Source: a virus
Taxonomy: Duplodnaviria; Caudoviricetes
Length of the DNA: 64,000 nt
Reading direction: 5' to 3' (one strand)
IMG/VR virus record: IMGVR_UViG_2513237098_000002
Location: 8,147-72,146 of that record
Part shown: one piece after another, positions 1-9,098 of the stretch
How positions within the stretch are numbered: position 1 is the stretch's first letter
How the letters are laid out: each line of letters opens with the position of its first letter
Program-made: the position numbers and the translations under genes
Notes under the pieces: generated by a model
Seen by the model: the letters and a program-made list of their open reading frames with translations, nothing else
What the model was told of the DNA's origin: nothing
Databases searched by the model: none

Positions 1-162
1 CCGTTCGATGCGGCGGCGGCGCAGGCGGCATCGGACCGCGCGGTCCGCGTGATCAAGGCAACGCTGGCCGGTGAATTGCTGCCGCGCATCACCGAGAAGC
101 CGGACGATTGGCGCTGTCGGATGTGTTCGCGTCGCGAGCGATGCTGGAACGGAAAGGCATAG
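1..162 (+). CDS. C-terminal fragment of a Cas4-like/PD-(D/E)XK phage exonuclease (5' truncated)
   Basis: Frame 1 reads ...LLPRITEKPDDWRCRMCSRRERCW with the C-x2-C-x5-C Fe-S ligand pattern. Confidence 0.55.
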   Translation, partial: PFDAAAAQAASDRAVRVIKATLAGELLPRITEKPDDWRCRMCSRRERCWNGKA

Positions 163-349
163 CCATGGGTGCAACGGAAAACGCTGGGTTTACCTCAGGG
201 ACGGCAGATTATTTCTGCATACAGAAAATGATGGGCCGCGGTTTCTTCGTCGTGGTGCCGAAGCATTTGAGGAGGAGGTCACGCTCGACGCGTTGAAGAG
301 ATATCCCGCTCTGTATGAAGAGGCCAAACGCTTGTTGCGAGATGAATAG
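71..349 (+). CDS. Hypothetical protein, start uncertain (ATG at 165 is out of frame, possible frameshift)
   Basis: The 3' part WVYLRDGRLFLHTEND looks protein-like. Confidence 0.35.
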   Translation: MNCCRASPRSRTIGAVGCVRVASDAGTERHSHGCNGKRWVYLRDGRLFLHTENDGPRFLRRGAEAFEEEVTLDALKRYPALYEEAKRLLRDE

Positions 350-380
350 AAGACCATCGTAATGTGTGGGAGCCGCGATC

Positions 381-1058
381 ATGGCGAACGACCTGAAGAC
401 GAGCCACCTCGAATCGGAGATCGAAAAGCGACCCCACCTCGCCAAATTTTTCGACCGGGTCAATCCAACCCAAGGCCGATTGATCTTTGCGATTGATGCC
501 ACGGCCTCACGCCAGCCGACATGGGATATTGCCGCCGAGCTGACGACCCAGATGTTCGAAGCGATCGACAGCGTCGGCAGGTTGGAGGTTCAACTGGTCT
601 ATTATCGCGGCCGTGAGTGTGTCGCGTCACGCTGGTTTTCCGACGCCAAGTTGCTCGCGCAATTCATGTCCAAGGTGATCTGCATCGCCGGCATCACTCA
701 GATCGAAAGAGTGTTCGCGCACGCCGTGAAGGAAAACCGGAAGAAAAAAATCAACGCTCTCGTCATGATCGGCGATGCTTGCGAAGAACACCCGAACGAA
801 CTGTTGGACCAGGCCCGCTTGTTGAGCGATGTGCCGATATTCATGTTTCAGGAAGGCGCCGACGAGCACGTCGCCAGGGTTTATGGCCAGATCGCGGATA
901 TCACCCACGGCGCGTTCTGCAAATTCGATAGCAATGCATCGCAACAACTTGCGGACCTGTTGAAAGCCGTCGCGGCGTTTGCTGCCGGCGGAATCAAGGC
1001 GCTGAGCGCTCAGAACAGTGACGCGGCAAGGTTGCTACTGACACAGATGAAATCATGA
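381..1058 (+). CDS. vWA-domain protein
   Basis: LIFAIDATASRQPTW MIDAS-like motif, later MIGDACEE. Confidence 0.75.
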   Translation: MANDLKTSHLESEIEKRPHLAKFFDRVNPTQGRLIFAIDATASRQPTWDIAAELTTQMFEAIDSVGRLEVQLVYYRGRECVASRWFSDAKLLAQFMSKVICIAGITQIERVFAHAVKENRKKKINALVMIGDACEEHPNELLDQARLLSDVPIFMFQEGADEHVARVYGQIADITHGAFCKFDSNASQQLADLLKAVAAFAAGGIKALSAQNSDAARLLLTQMKS

Positions 1059-1552
1059 CCACGGGCATGCTGACCGAAACCACCGCCAAGCGCATCGCGA
1101 CGTTGTTTCGCATGCTGAGCAGCGAGTACCCGGGCGAGATCCTTGGTGCCGTGGCGGCCATGAAGCGGCTGTTTGCCAATGAGGGTCTGAGCTTTCATGA
1201 GATCGCCAACGTCATCGAAAGCTGCAATGGTGAGATCGAGGAGCGCAAATACAGCGATGCCGATGCCGAGATCATCTTCCAGCGCGGGGTCGAAAAGGGG
1301 CGCAGCGAGCAGCAGCCACCACCGTTGGACTATTATGAAGAGGATGGCTCACCGCGCTGGCATGAGATCGCGCTGTTCTGTCGGAATAACACAGCAAAAC
1401 TGAAAGGTGATTGGGAGCAGGAGTTCATCACCGACATGGTCAGCAGGACGCTGGTCAAAACGTTGACACCTCGACAACAAAAATTTCTGTTCGCGATCTT
1501 TGTGCGGCTTGGGGGTCCCTATGATGCCGCCAGGCCATTGAATTTCGGGTGA
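1055..1552 (+). CDS. Hypothetical phage protein
   Basis: ATGA overlap with the upstream gene; 165-aa ORF. Confidence 0.65.
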   Translation: MTTGMLTETTAKRIATLFRMLSSEYPGEILGAVAAMKRLFANEGLSFHEIANVIESCNGEIEERKYSDADAEIIFQRGVEKGRSEQQPPPLDYYEEDGSPRWHEIALFCRNNTAKLKGDWEQEFITDMVSRTLVKTLTPRQQKFLFAIFVRLGGPYDAARPLNFG

Positions 1553-1555
1553 TGC

Positions 1556-3640
1556 ATGACCGAGTCCGGCGGCATCATCGACTTCAACTTTGCCAAGCTG
1601 CAAAGCGAATTGGGCAAGGCGAGCCTTGATGTCGGCGATATCCGCGAACGGCTGAACGCCAGCGCGCGGTCGTTCGTCGAATGGCTGTTCTCTGGTCGCG
1701 CGCTGATCACGCGCGGCGGCCATGAGGCCCGGATCGGCGATGTCGACGGTAATGTCGGAACGTCATTGTCGATTCATCTGACCGGATCGAACACCGGCCT
1801 GTGGAAAGACCACGCCACCAGCGAGAGCGGTGACCTGATCACGCTGTACCGCATGTACATGGGCTACGGCGAAAGCAAGGATGATTTCAAGCAGGCGATC
1901 AAGGAGATCGCCAAGGATTTTCTGCACGATCCGATCGAGGTCGAGCGGCCAACCTTCAGGCCGACGCCGGAGATGGTGATCCGGTCCAAGAAGGAGAAGT
2001 TCGGCACCAAGCCGCGCGATGACGATGTCGAATTGGGCGCGCCGGTCGCCACCTTTAAATATTTCAACACCCGGGGCGAGATCACGGCGTCGGTGGTGCG
2101 CTATGAGCCGGACGGCACCCGCGCCAGCAAGACCTTCCGGCCGTTCTGCTACCGCGACTTCGACGGCAAGAAGCGCTGGGCCGCGGGCGCACCGGATATC
2201 CGGCCGCTGTACCGGCTGCCCGAGATCTCGCTGAGCGGTTCGGTGATCCTGGTCGAGGGCGAGGGCAAGGCCGACGCCTTGGCCAGGCTCGGCATCGAGG
2301 CGACCTCGGCGATGCAGGGCGCCAATGCCCCGATCGACAAGACCGATTGGTCGCCGCTCGCCGGCAAGCGGGTGACGATCTGGCCGGACAACGATCAGCC
2401 GGGCTTCGACTATGCCAACACCGTCGCCAAGCGGCTGCTACAGCTGAACTGCACCGTGTACGGCATCAACCCACCGGCCGATGCCCCGATCGCCTGGGAT
2501 GCCGCCGACTGTATCGCCGAGGGCCGCGATCCGCACGAGCTGATCAACGCGGCGGTTTTGTATTCGGGGCAGGACGATATCCGCACCCGGGTCCGAATTC
2601 GGATCATCGATATCGATGATCTGGAAAACCTGCCGGCGCCGCAATTCCTGATCGACAACGTCATCACCGAAGGCGGGTTGTCGGTGCTGTGGGGCCCGCC
2701 GGGCGCGATGAAGTCGTTCGTTGCCCTCGACATGGGCTTGTGTGTCGGCACCGGTTACTTATGGCATGGCAAAACTACCAGGCTTGGCACCGTGGTCTAT
2801 CTTGCCGCTGAAGGCGCGCACGGTCTCGGCCAGCGCGCGGTAGGCTGGCGCAATATCCGCGGCAAGGGCCTGGCAAAGCCGAAGTTCAAGATCATTCCGC
2901 ATTCAATCGCGATGACTGGTGTCGACGATTTGAATGCGCTGATCGAGGCCATTCTCAAGCTCGATGAACTGCCGATCCTGATCATCATCGATACGCTGGC
3001 GCGCACGTTCGGGGCCGGCAACGAGAACCAGCAGTCCGACATGAATGCCTACGTCAACGCCGCCGATAAACTGCGCGAGGCAACCGGCGCGCATGTGATG
3101 ATCGTGCATCATTCCGGCGTGCACGAGGTCAATCGCGAGCGCGGCTCCAACGTGCTGCGCGGCGCCGCCGATACGGTGATCAAGGTCGCCCGCAAGGGCA
3201 ACAAAATCGACATCGTCAACCGCGCGCCGGCCGGCAAGCAGAAGGATTTCGAAGAGTTCGACACTGTCAAGCTGCGCGCGGTGATCGAGCATTGGCAGAC
3301 CGGCGAGAACGGGGAGGTCGACCATTCGACGGTCATTCTCACCTTGCGCGAGGACGGCGACAAGGAGGTGGACATGGATCAAGAGCCCAAGACCGAGACG
3401 GCACAGGAGACCAAATCGAGGGTGACCGGCAAGAACCAGAAACTGGTGCTCAGCGCCCTCAAGGCGTCCGCTGAGCCGCTGACGGCAACCACCCTGATCC
3501 TGCGCACCGGGCTGGACAAAAATCGCATGTACGAGGTTCTGAACGATCTGGTCGAGAAGGGTCTGGTGGCTTGTGAGGACAGCGCTGACGGCAACGCCGC
3601 GCTCTGGAACATCACCGATGAGGGCCGCGATGTTCTGTAG
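1556..3640 (+). CDS. Primase-helicase (Toprim plus RepA/AAA_25 ATPase plus C-terminal winged helix)
   Basis: Toprim VEGEGKAD and WPDND; Walker A GPPGAMKS; Walker B IIIDTLAR; MIVHHSG. Confidence 0.85.
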   Translation: MTESGGIIDFNFAKLQSELGKASLDVGDIRERLNASARSFVEWLFSGRALITRGGHEARIGDVDGNVGTSLSIHLTGSNTGLWKDHATSESGDLITLYRMYMGYGESKDDFKQAIKEIAKDFLHDPIEVERPTFRPTPEMVIRSKKEKFGTKPRDDDVELGAPVATFKYFNTRGEITASVVRYEPDGTRASKTFRPFCYRDFDGKKRWAAGAPDIRPLYRLPEISLSGSVILVEGEGKADALARLGIEATSAMQGANAPIDKTDWSPLAGKRVTIWPDNDQPGFDYANTVAKRLLQLNCTVYGINPPADAPIAWDAADCIAEGRDPHELINAAVLYSGQDDIRTRVRIRIIDIDDLENLPAPQFLIDNVITEGGLSVLWGPPGAMKSFVALDMGLCVGTGYLWHGKTTRLGTVVYLAAEGAHGLGQRAVGWRNIRGKGLAKPKFKIIPHSIAMTGVDDLNALIEAILKLDELPILIIIDTLARTFGAGNENQQSDMNAYVNAADKLREATGAHVMIVHHSGVHEVNRERGSNVLRGAADTVIKVARKGNKIDIVNRAPAGKQKDFEEFDTVKLRAVIEHWQTGENGEVDHSTVILTLREDGDKEVDMDQEPKTETAQETKSRVTGKNQKLVLSALKASAEPLTATTLILRTGLDKNRMYEVLNDLVEKGLVACEDSADGNAALWNITDEGRDVL

Positions 3641-3649
3641 CTGTTCATG

Positions 3650-3812
3650 GTCCGAAAGCACGTTTCGGATCCGTTTCGGACTGCTGTTTCGGACTTTGCA
3701 GGCTCGCATTTGGCCAGTCCGAAAGTCCCGACGTGGCTCCGACCTGCTTTACCTAAAGGTACGCAGTCGGGACATTCGGACTGGCCAAATTCGAAGCAAC
3801 GAGGTCCGGAAA
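3650..3812. repeat. Iteron-like TTCGGAC/GTCCGAA cluster, candidate replication origin
   Basis: About six copies in both orientations directly after the primase-helicase. Confidence 0.45.
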
Positions 3813-3830
3813 GGGGAGGTTTTCAGAAAA

Positions 3831-4118
3831 ATGGGTCGTTCGATAAATCGACGCGAGCAGTTTCCAAACACGATGAAGCTTATTGCAGAGCGGGACGACC
3901 TTCAGCTCTTTAATCGCGATTTTGCCGACAAGGGGGAGTGGAGATCGTTAAGGCTGATCAAAGGTGGCAGGAAGTCGCGTCGAGTTCCAAAGCGAAGCTT
4001 CTGGCTTGGTTGGAATGGTCAACGTCTTGCACGCAACCATGATACCGGCGTGCTCGCCGAGCATTACCCGGAAATCTATGATTGGGTGGTTGCGGAATTG
4101 GAGGCCGCGCAATGGTGA
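3831..4118 (+). CDS. Hypothetical protein
   Basis: GGAGG upstream; ORF overlaps the next gene. Confidence 0.5.
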   Translation: MGRSINRREQFPNTMKLIAERDDLQLFNRDFADKGEWRSLRLIKGGRKSRRVPKRSFWLGWNGQRLARNHDTGVLAEHYPEIYDWVVAELEAAQW

Positions 4119-4390
4119 ACGTGAATCGCCACCCGGTCGACCAGCTCGCCGACGTGCGCGCCGAGATCAAGACGCTGCAGGAGCGCGAGACCGAACTGAA
4201 GGAAGGCTTGCTGCTCGAGGACGCCGATCTGTCGGGCAGCGAATACTACGCCCGGATCGTGCCGCTGACCCAGCATCGGCTGGATCGGAAATTGTTGGAG
4301 CAACGTTTTGGCCAGCGAGCCGTGGAGGAGTGCTGCAAGGATGTCGAGACGGTGCAGATCCGGTTGGTGCATCGGGAGGAGGAAGGTTGA
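4112..4390 (+). CDS. Hypothetical phage protein
   Basis: GGAGG RBS; N-terminal coiled coil DQLADVRAEIKTLQERE. Confidence 0.6.
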   Translation: MVNVNRHPVDQLADVRAEIKTLQERETELKEGLLLEDADLSGSEYYARIVPLTQHRLDRKLLEQRFGQRAVEECCKDVETVQIRLVHREEEG

Positions 4391-4903
4391 ATGACGACCT
4401 TATTACGACGCGCTCAAGATCTGCTGCCATTCGATCCGCTTGACGAACAACCGATGCTGCCATCGGTTTGGACTGGCGAGCATGTTGGTCTGCGGTTGGT
4501 CGAAGCGATGCAGACGTTGCGATTGCTGCCGGGCGAGGGGCTTGGATCGCGGAGTGCGTGGCCGCCGTACCTCTATGAGTTCGATGATCTGGTCGAACAG
4601 CAGCGGCAGGGCGAGCTGGAGCGTACACAGCAAATCCAGAACCGCACGCGGGTGTCGCCGAGCCTGACGGAGATTTCGCGGATGGAGTTGGTGATCTGGT
4701 GGCCGATGCATTTTCTGATGTTCGGCGCGCCGCATCTGGTCGAATCCGTGATGTGGCTCTCGCACGCCTACTCGATCGAGCGCGATGCCGAGTGGGTGGT
4801 GCGCAAGCGCGGCGGCTTCGCTGACACCTGGCGCGCGCGTCATGCGCGCGGGTGCGAGATCATCGCCGAGGGTTTGATGGCCGAGAAGGTGAGGGTATTC
4901 TGA
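4391..4903 (+). CDS. Phage protein resembling DUF6362 (putative late regulator)
   Basis: WTGEHVGLRLVEA...WPPY...PSLTEISRME pattern and position after replication genes. Confidence 0.5.
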   Translation: MTTLLRRAQDLLPFDPLDEQPMLPSVWTGEHVGLRLVEAMQTLRLLPGEGLGSRSAWPPYLYEFDDLVEQQRQGELERTQQIQNRTRVSPSLTEISRMELVIWWPMHFLMFGAPHLVESVMWLSHAYSIERDAEWVVRKRGGFADTWRARHARGCEIIAEGLMAEKVRVF

Positions 4904-5088
4904 TGGGCAAGCACAAGGAAAGGCTGGTTGACATCGCGGGCGATAAGACGGGCGAGACCGAGAGGGCCTATCGGATTTTCGACGGTAAGAAAACCGAATG
5001 GGTGCCGAAGTCCCAGGTTGAGTACAACGAGGATGATGGCACGTTCACGATGCCGGAATGGCTGGCGAAGGAAAAGGAATTCATTTGA
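4903..5088 (+). CDS. Small hypothetical phage protein
   Basis: TGATG overlap; EWVPKSQVE motif; ends KEKEFI. Confidence 0.6.
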   Translation: MGKHKERLVDIAGDKTGETERAYRIFDGKKTEWVPKSQVEYNEDDGTFTMPEWLAKEKEFI

Positions 5089-5125
5089 GATTGCCACAGG
5101 GCGATCGAAAGGAAGGTTGCTGCAT

Positions 5126-5380
5126 ATGGCCCCGCCGCGAAAGAAACACAGAAAGCCTGGTGAAACGCATGCCGTTCATTTGCGGTTGCCGGCGGACGTC
5201 TTCAGACGGATCGAGGCGAAGGCCGCGATGGCAGGCTGGCCACTCAATCGCGTCGTCGTCAAGGAGTTGGTCGCTTTCCCAGATCTGGAAAAGCTGAAGA
5301 AACTTGGCGAGCTGATCGCGGACATGGAAGTTGTTTTGGCGCGACACGGAGCTAGGCTCAAGGAAAAGGAATTTATCTGA
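5126..5380 (+). CDS. Arc-like ribbon-helix-helix DNA-binding protein
   Basis: AVHLRLPADVFRRIEAKA...PLNRVVV; GGAAGG RBS. Confidence 0.6.
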   Translation: MAPPRKKHRKPGETHAVHLRLPADVFRRIEAKAAMAGWPLNRVVVKELVAFPDLEKLKKLGELIADMEVVLARHGARLKEKEFI

Positions 5381-5973
5381 TGATCGAGCTGCCACAGGGT
5401 GCCGCGCGCGACTATCTGCAGGTGTTCGGTGTGGCGGCGATCTATGTGGCGGTGTCGCCCGATGGCCAGTGTTGCCGGATTGGCAGCTCGCTCGATCTGG
5501 CGCGGACGCAGGGCTTCCTGGGCAGGTTTGAGGTTGATCAGGTGTTTTGGGTGCGAGACGCCAGGACGGCGCGGCTGGTGGCGCGATTGGCGCGGGCCGG
5601 TCTGCCGACGTTGGGTGGTGGCCTGGTGCGAGCGTCGAGGGAGATCGCCGGCCGGGCGGTTGAGGCGGCGGCAGGGCGCCTGGGCATGCGGCTGACCGAG
5701 CACCAGGCAGCGCTAATGAGGGTGTCCAGCGCCCTCGACCAGGTTGATGCGATGTTGGCGCTGGCCCATGCCGACGGCGCGCTGAGCTGGTTTAACCGGG
5801 CCTACAGGGCTTATCGGCTGGCCAGCACTGGAAGGACCATGCTGTACGGGGAAGCCAAGGTGAGGCTCCGCAACGCCGTGGTGAGGCGGATCATGGCCGG
5901 TGGCGACCTGCAGGATCTGCGGGAAGAGATCTTCGGCGAGGCTATCCACCACCAATTCAAAAAATCTGCTTGA
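5380..5973 (+). CDS. Hypothetical protein
   Basis: 197-aa ORF with TGATG coupling. Confidence 0.55.
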   Translation: MIELPQGAARDYLQVFGVAAIYVAVSPDGQCCRIGSSLDLARTQGFLGRFEVDQVFWVRDARTARLVARLARAGLPTLGGGLVRASREIAGRAVEAAAGRLGMRLTEHQAALMRVSSALDQVDAMLALAHADGALSWFNRAYRAYRLASTGRTMLYGEAKVRLRNAVVRRIMAGGDLQDLREEIFGEAIHHQFKKSA

Positions 5974-6069
5974 ACCGTGAGCTGGGGAGGGGGTTCTATA
6001 CGCGCGCACGGGCTCCGCCCGAGGTGTGTTTGATCGGCTTCCTGGGCGTTGCCCTAGGGACCGGTTTTT

Positions 6070-6381
6070 TCATTCGTCACCATCGTCATCGCCATCGTCG
6101 TCATCGTTGACGACGCGCTTATCGCTGAGCCGGTCGAGGATGAACCTGATTTGGGCGGGCTTGACGCCCGCGGTTCTCAGCACTTCTTCCGGCCCGATGT
6201 CCTTGGCCAGCATCAGCTCGAGCACCATGGCCACCGGCCGCGCCACGTGATTGTTTTGCTTCCATCGCCGTGCCGTGCGTTCGTTGACACCGAAGAAAGT
6301 GGATGCGCCGCGTTCGGTCCAACCCAGTCGGGTCAGGATCTCGAGATAGCGTTTCGTATTCATGGTCGGTGCTGCCATCAT
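6070..6381 (-). CDS. HTH DNA-binding protein
   Basis: LGWTERGASTFFGVNERTARRWK helix-turn-helix pattern. Confidence 0.65.
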   Translation of the reverse strand: MMAAPTMNTKRYLEILTRLGWTERGASTFFGVNERTARRWKQNNHVARPVAMVLELMLAKDIGPEEVLRTAGVKPAQIRFILDRLSDKRVVNDDDDGDDDGDE

Positions 6382-6390
6382 GGCGTTGAT

Positions 6391-6460
6391 CCCTTAGGGC
6401 TTCTTGGCGATGGTGTTTCGTACTGCGCACCAGGAGGGTGCGCAGGGTCGAAACATCACC
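6391..6460 (-). repeat. Structured leader element, copy 1 (divergent)
   Basis: Minus strand TTTCGACC-CTGCGCAC-loop-GTGCGCAG-TACGAAAC, then CCC-TAA-GGG hairpin, upstream of the ATG at 6381. Confidence 0.75.
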
Positions 6461-6683
6461 CGTCGACTAGATCGTTGCTTACGACGATTCTGAGCAATTG
6501 ACCATCAACGTAACGGTAGTTCACCGGGTCATCGCTTTCGGTGGCGCGATATTCCCGCACCAAGGTCCAGCGCATCGCGAGATCGCGCACATTGGCCTCG
6601 GCCTCTTCTTTGGTGGCAAAGCGCAAGGCGTTGCCGACCCATTGGCCGCTATTGTCGGCGATGACTTCTGGCTTCCAAGACAT
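6456..6683 (-). CDS. Hypothetical phage protein (MSWKPEVIAD...)
   Basis: AAGGA RBS supplied by leader copy 2. Confidence 0.7.
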   Translation of the reverse strand: MSWKPEVIADNSGQWVGNALRFATKEEAEANVRDLAMRWTLVREYRATESDDPVNYRYVDGQLLRIVVSNDLVDG

Positions 6684-6692
6684 TGCAAGGTA

Positions 6693-6772
6693 TCCTTCCG
6701 GGCTTGGCCCATTTGAATGAAGCGGGAGCGCTTCGTTCTGCGCACCGAGCGATGCGCAGGGTCGAAAAGCTC
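6693..6772 (-). repeat. Structured leader element, copy 2
   Basis: Same stem, CGCTTCATTCAA linker, GGGC-CAA-GCCC hairpin, SD. Confidence 0.9.
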
Positions 6773-6786
6773 GCAGCCTTGCGTTG

Positions 6787-7047
6787 TCAGTTCGGCTTGT
6801 TGCGATAGCTTCGTTCGATGATCCGACCGCGTGGGTCGTAGGTGGTCGTGGTGCTGCCGCTGGTCGATGAGCGCGCCGAGACGCGCCCGCCGGCATCGTA
6901 GAACGTGGTCGTGCCTTGGCTATCGGTAGCGGAGCGGCCGATCACCCGGCCGCCCGCGTCGTAGTGGGTTCGCTGCCGCGCCTGGGCGGCGGTCAACGTG
7001 ACCGCAACCAACGCGGCAGCAGAGATCATCAACTTGATCATTCTCAT
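6787..7047 (-). CDS. Small secreted protein with internal YD[AP]xGR repeats
   Basis: Signal peptide ending AQA; three YDAGGR-like repeats. Confidence 0.7.
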   Translation of the reverse strand: MRMIKLMISAAALVAVTLTAAQARQRTHYDAGGRVIGRSATDSQGTTTFYDAGGRVSARSSTSGSTTTTYDPRGRIIERSYRNKPN

Positions 7048-7059
7048 TTTTGCTTCTCC

Positions 7060-7359
7060 TTAGCGTAGCGATGGCGAGATGGTGTAGCAGCGCGACATAT
7101 TGCCGGATGAGCACACCATCTGTGGCCGCATCGGAATTTTGATGATTTCCGGGTCAGGCCATATGCTGCCGTTCACGATCAGCGGCGCTGCAAGGATCGC
7201 AAGGCTGGTGCTTCTGGGATCGAATATCGGAAGCTCCGGTGGTTTGGTGTGTTTTGGCAATACCGGGATCGGCACGCTTGCCCAGATGCTGTCGCTTTGC
7301 GCGTGGCTCGCGCCACTCAACGCGATGACAGCGGCAACAGTAGCTATGATCAGTCTCAT
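7060..7359 (-). CDS. Small secreted proline-rich protein
   Basis: Signal peptide ending ASHA. Confidence 0.6.
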   Translation of the reverse strand: MRLIIATVAAVIALSGASHAQSDSIWASVPIPVLPKHTKPPELPIFDPRSTSLAILAAPLIVNGSIWPDPEIIKIPMRPQMVCSSGNMSRCYTISPSLR

Positions 7360-7413
7360 TTCAGGTTATTCCTTTGTGATGCAATGTGAGAAATTTATCC
7401 GGAGGCGCGCTCA

Positions 7414-8058
7414 TCACACCGACCCGTCGTCTTTCTTGCCGGGCCTCACCGGTGCGCTCGGCACGGGCGATGTCGGCGGTACGGGCGACGTTGCCTGCGG
7501 CTGTCGCGGCACAGGCGACGTGGCGGTGCCCCCGCTGTTGGCGATCTTGGCGATGCAGAACTTGAACCATTTCGTTGCATGGCGACTGCCAATCATCTGC
7601 GCTGTCCAAGGCGGCTCATTGCCTTCCTTGAACGAGATCACAAGTTGATCGGCATCGGCGAAGTCTTGAACGAACCCGACAGCCTGCTCGCTCGCGATGC
7701 TGATCTGGATCAGCGAGCTGCCGCTGGTTGAGGTTATCGTCGTGCCAGAGCCCTCGCGCACGCCCCTGTCGAATGAGATCGACATCGGGACACTGATGTC
7801 GGCCGGGAATGCCCAGTTCGACTTGCTGATGTGCATGAACAGCCCGGTTTCGTTGGACCATTTCATCGATGCGGTGCCGATTGCGCCGCTGGGGAACGTC
7901 CATTGGCCGGAGATGACGCACATCGGCCTCCCTTCACTGTTCCGCGCGTAGTGGCTCGTTTGCCAGTAATTACCCGTATAGAGCCGCGTGACGTTCTCAG
8001 CCTGGGCGGCGGTGGTAGTCAGCAGCGCCGCGGCTGCGGCCATAACAAGATGTTTCAT
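7414..8058 (-). CDS. Secreted/periplasmic protein with Pro-rich tail
   Basis: Signal peptide ending AAQA; TSPVP repeats. Confidence 0.75.
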   Translation of the reverse strand: MKHLVMAAAAALLTTTAAQAENVTRLYTGNYWQTSHYARNSEGRPMCVISGQWTFPSGAIGTASMKWSNETGLFMHISKSNWAFPADISVPMSISFDRGVREGSGTTITSTSGSSLIQISIASEQAVGFVQDFADADQLVISFKEGNEPPWTAQMIGSRHATKWFKFCIAKIANSGGTATSPVPRQPQATSPVPPTSPVPSAPVRPGKKDDGSV

Positions 8059-8066
8059 TCCTAGTT

Positions 8067-8146
8067 TCCTTCCGGGCTTAGCCCATTTGAATGAAGCGGG
8101 GAGCGCTTCGTGCTGCGCACTGGGAAATGCGCAGGGTCGAAAAGCT
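8067..8146 (-). repeat. Structured leader element, copy 3
   Basis: As copy 2, upstream of the ATG at 8058. Confidence 0.9.
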
Positions 8147-8154
8147 TCCGACGA

Positions 8155-8406
8155 TTAGCGGGGACCAAACGGAAACGGGGATGGCACCGCGATTTGTGGC
8201 GATGACGGCGGTCCGTCTGGCCGGCATTCGGCGGCGGCGCGGATCGAGATCTTGTGCCCCTGCAGTTCGCGCTCGATCACGCTCGGATACAGATCGCGCG
8301 CCGCGGCCTTGCAGGCTTCGCGATTGGCGAAGTCGGTCACGACCGACGACACCGAGACCGAGCCGGTATCGGTGAGCGCGAGCACGGTGGCGAACAGTTT
8401 CCACAT
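8155..8406 (-). CDS. Small hypothetical protein
   Basis: MWKLFATVLAL...C...C ORF. Confidence 0.55.
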   Translation of the reverse strand: MWKLFATVLALTDTGSVSVSSVVTDFANREACKAAARDLYPSVIERELQGHKISIRAAAECRPDGPPSSPQIAVPSPFPFGPR

Positions 8407-8410
8407 CGGC

Positions 8411-8881
8411 TTAGCCTTGCAGCGGCGGCACTGAAGAGGTGACGGGCAGGGGTGGTTGGCTGACTTCGATCCAGCCCTTGCGCCGATAGCTATCGACGAT
8501 GATGCGATAGGCGAAGAAGGCATAGACGAACCAGCCGACCAAAACGCCGAAGCCGCCGAACGGTACCAGGAAGATAAATATCAACGCCGTGATGCCGGCG
8601 TGCAGCCACGCTTCTTTGTAGGCCAGATAGAAACAGCCGAAGAAGAACGTCAGCCAGAACGCCGAGCCTTTGTTGATCCTGACGACCGCACCGGTCTGAG
8701 GGTTGCGAAAGGCAGTCTCGTAGGCTTGCGGCTGGGACGGCACGCTGAAGGGCCGGCCGGTGCTGCCCATCGCCGGCATTGCGATCACTTCGGCGCGCAG
8801 CTTCTCGAATTCGTCTTGGCTGATCAGCCCCTGGTCGCGCATTTCGGCCAGCTCTTTGATCTTGTCGATTTTGTTGGTCAT
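8411..8881 (-). CDS. SHOCT-domain membrane protein
   Basis: N-terminal IKELAEMRDQGLISQDEFEKLRAEV (SHOCT); C-terminal transmembrane helices. Confidence 0.75.
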   Translation of the reverse strand: MTNKIDKIKELAEMRDQGLISQDEFEKLRAEVIAMPAMGSTGRPFSVPSQPQAYETAFRNPQTGAVVRINKGSAFWLTFFFGCFYLAYKEAWLHAGITALIFIFLVPFGGFGVLVGWFVYAFFAYRIIVDSYRRKGWIEVSQPPLPVTSSVPPLQG

Positions 8882-8890
8882 CTAATCCAA

Positions 8891-8968
8891 TCTTTCCGGG
8901 CTTAGCCCTTTTGAATGAAGCGGAGTTGCTTCGTGCTGCGGCGACATGCGCCGCAGTGTCGAAACATC
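8891..8968 (-). repeat. Structured leader element, copy 4
   Basis: Inner stem changed to CTGCGGCG/CGCCGCAG (compensatory). Confidence 0.9.
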
Positions 8969-8972
8969 CCGG

Positions 8973-9089
8973 CTAGTGCAGTTTGGCGTTCGCCGGTTTC
9001 TGATGCAGTTGCGCTAAAAAGGCTTCGATCAGCTTTTGCATGCGTTCCAGGTTGGCGAGCCGTTGCATGATCAATTCGATTTCCGACAT
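8973..9089 (-). CDS. 38-aa coiled-coil peptide
   Basis: MSEIELIMQRLANLERMQKLIEAFLAQLHQKPANAKLH; below the ORF-track cutoff. Confidence 0.4.
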   Translation of the reverse strand: MSEIELIMQRLANLERMQKLIEAFLAQLHQKPANAKLH

Positions 9090-9098
9090 CGTTAGTAT

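Noticed and set aside
3647-3913. 88-aa ORF after the primase-helicase
   Set aside because: It coincides with the iteron-like repeats and has no protein-like features.
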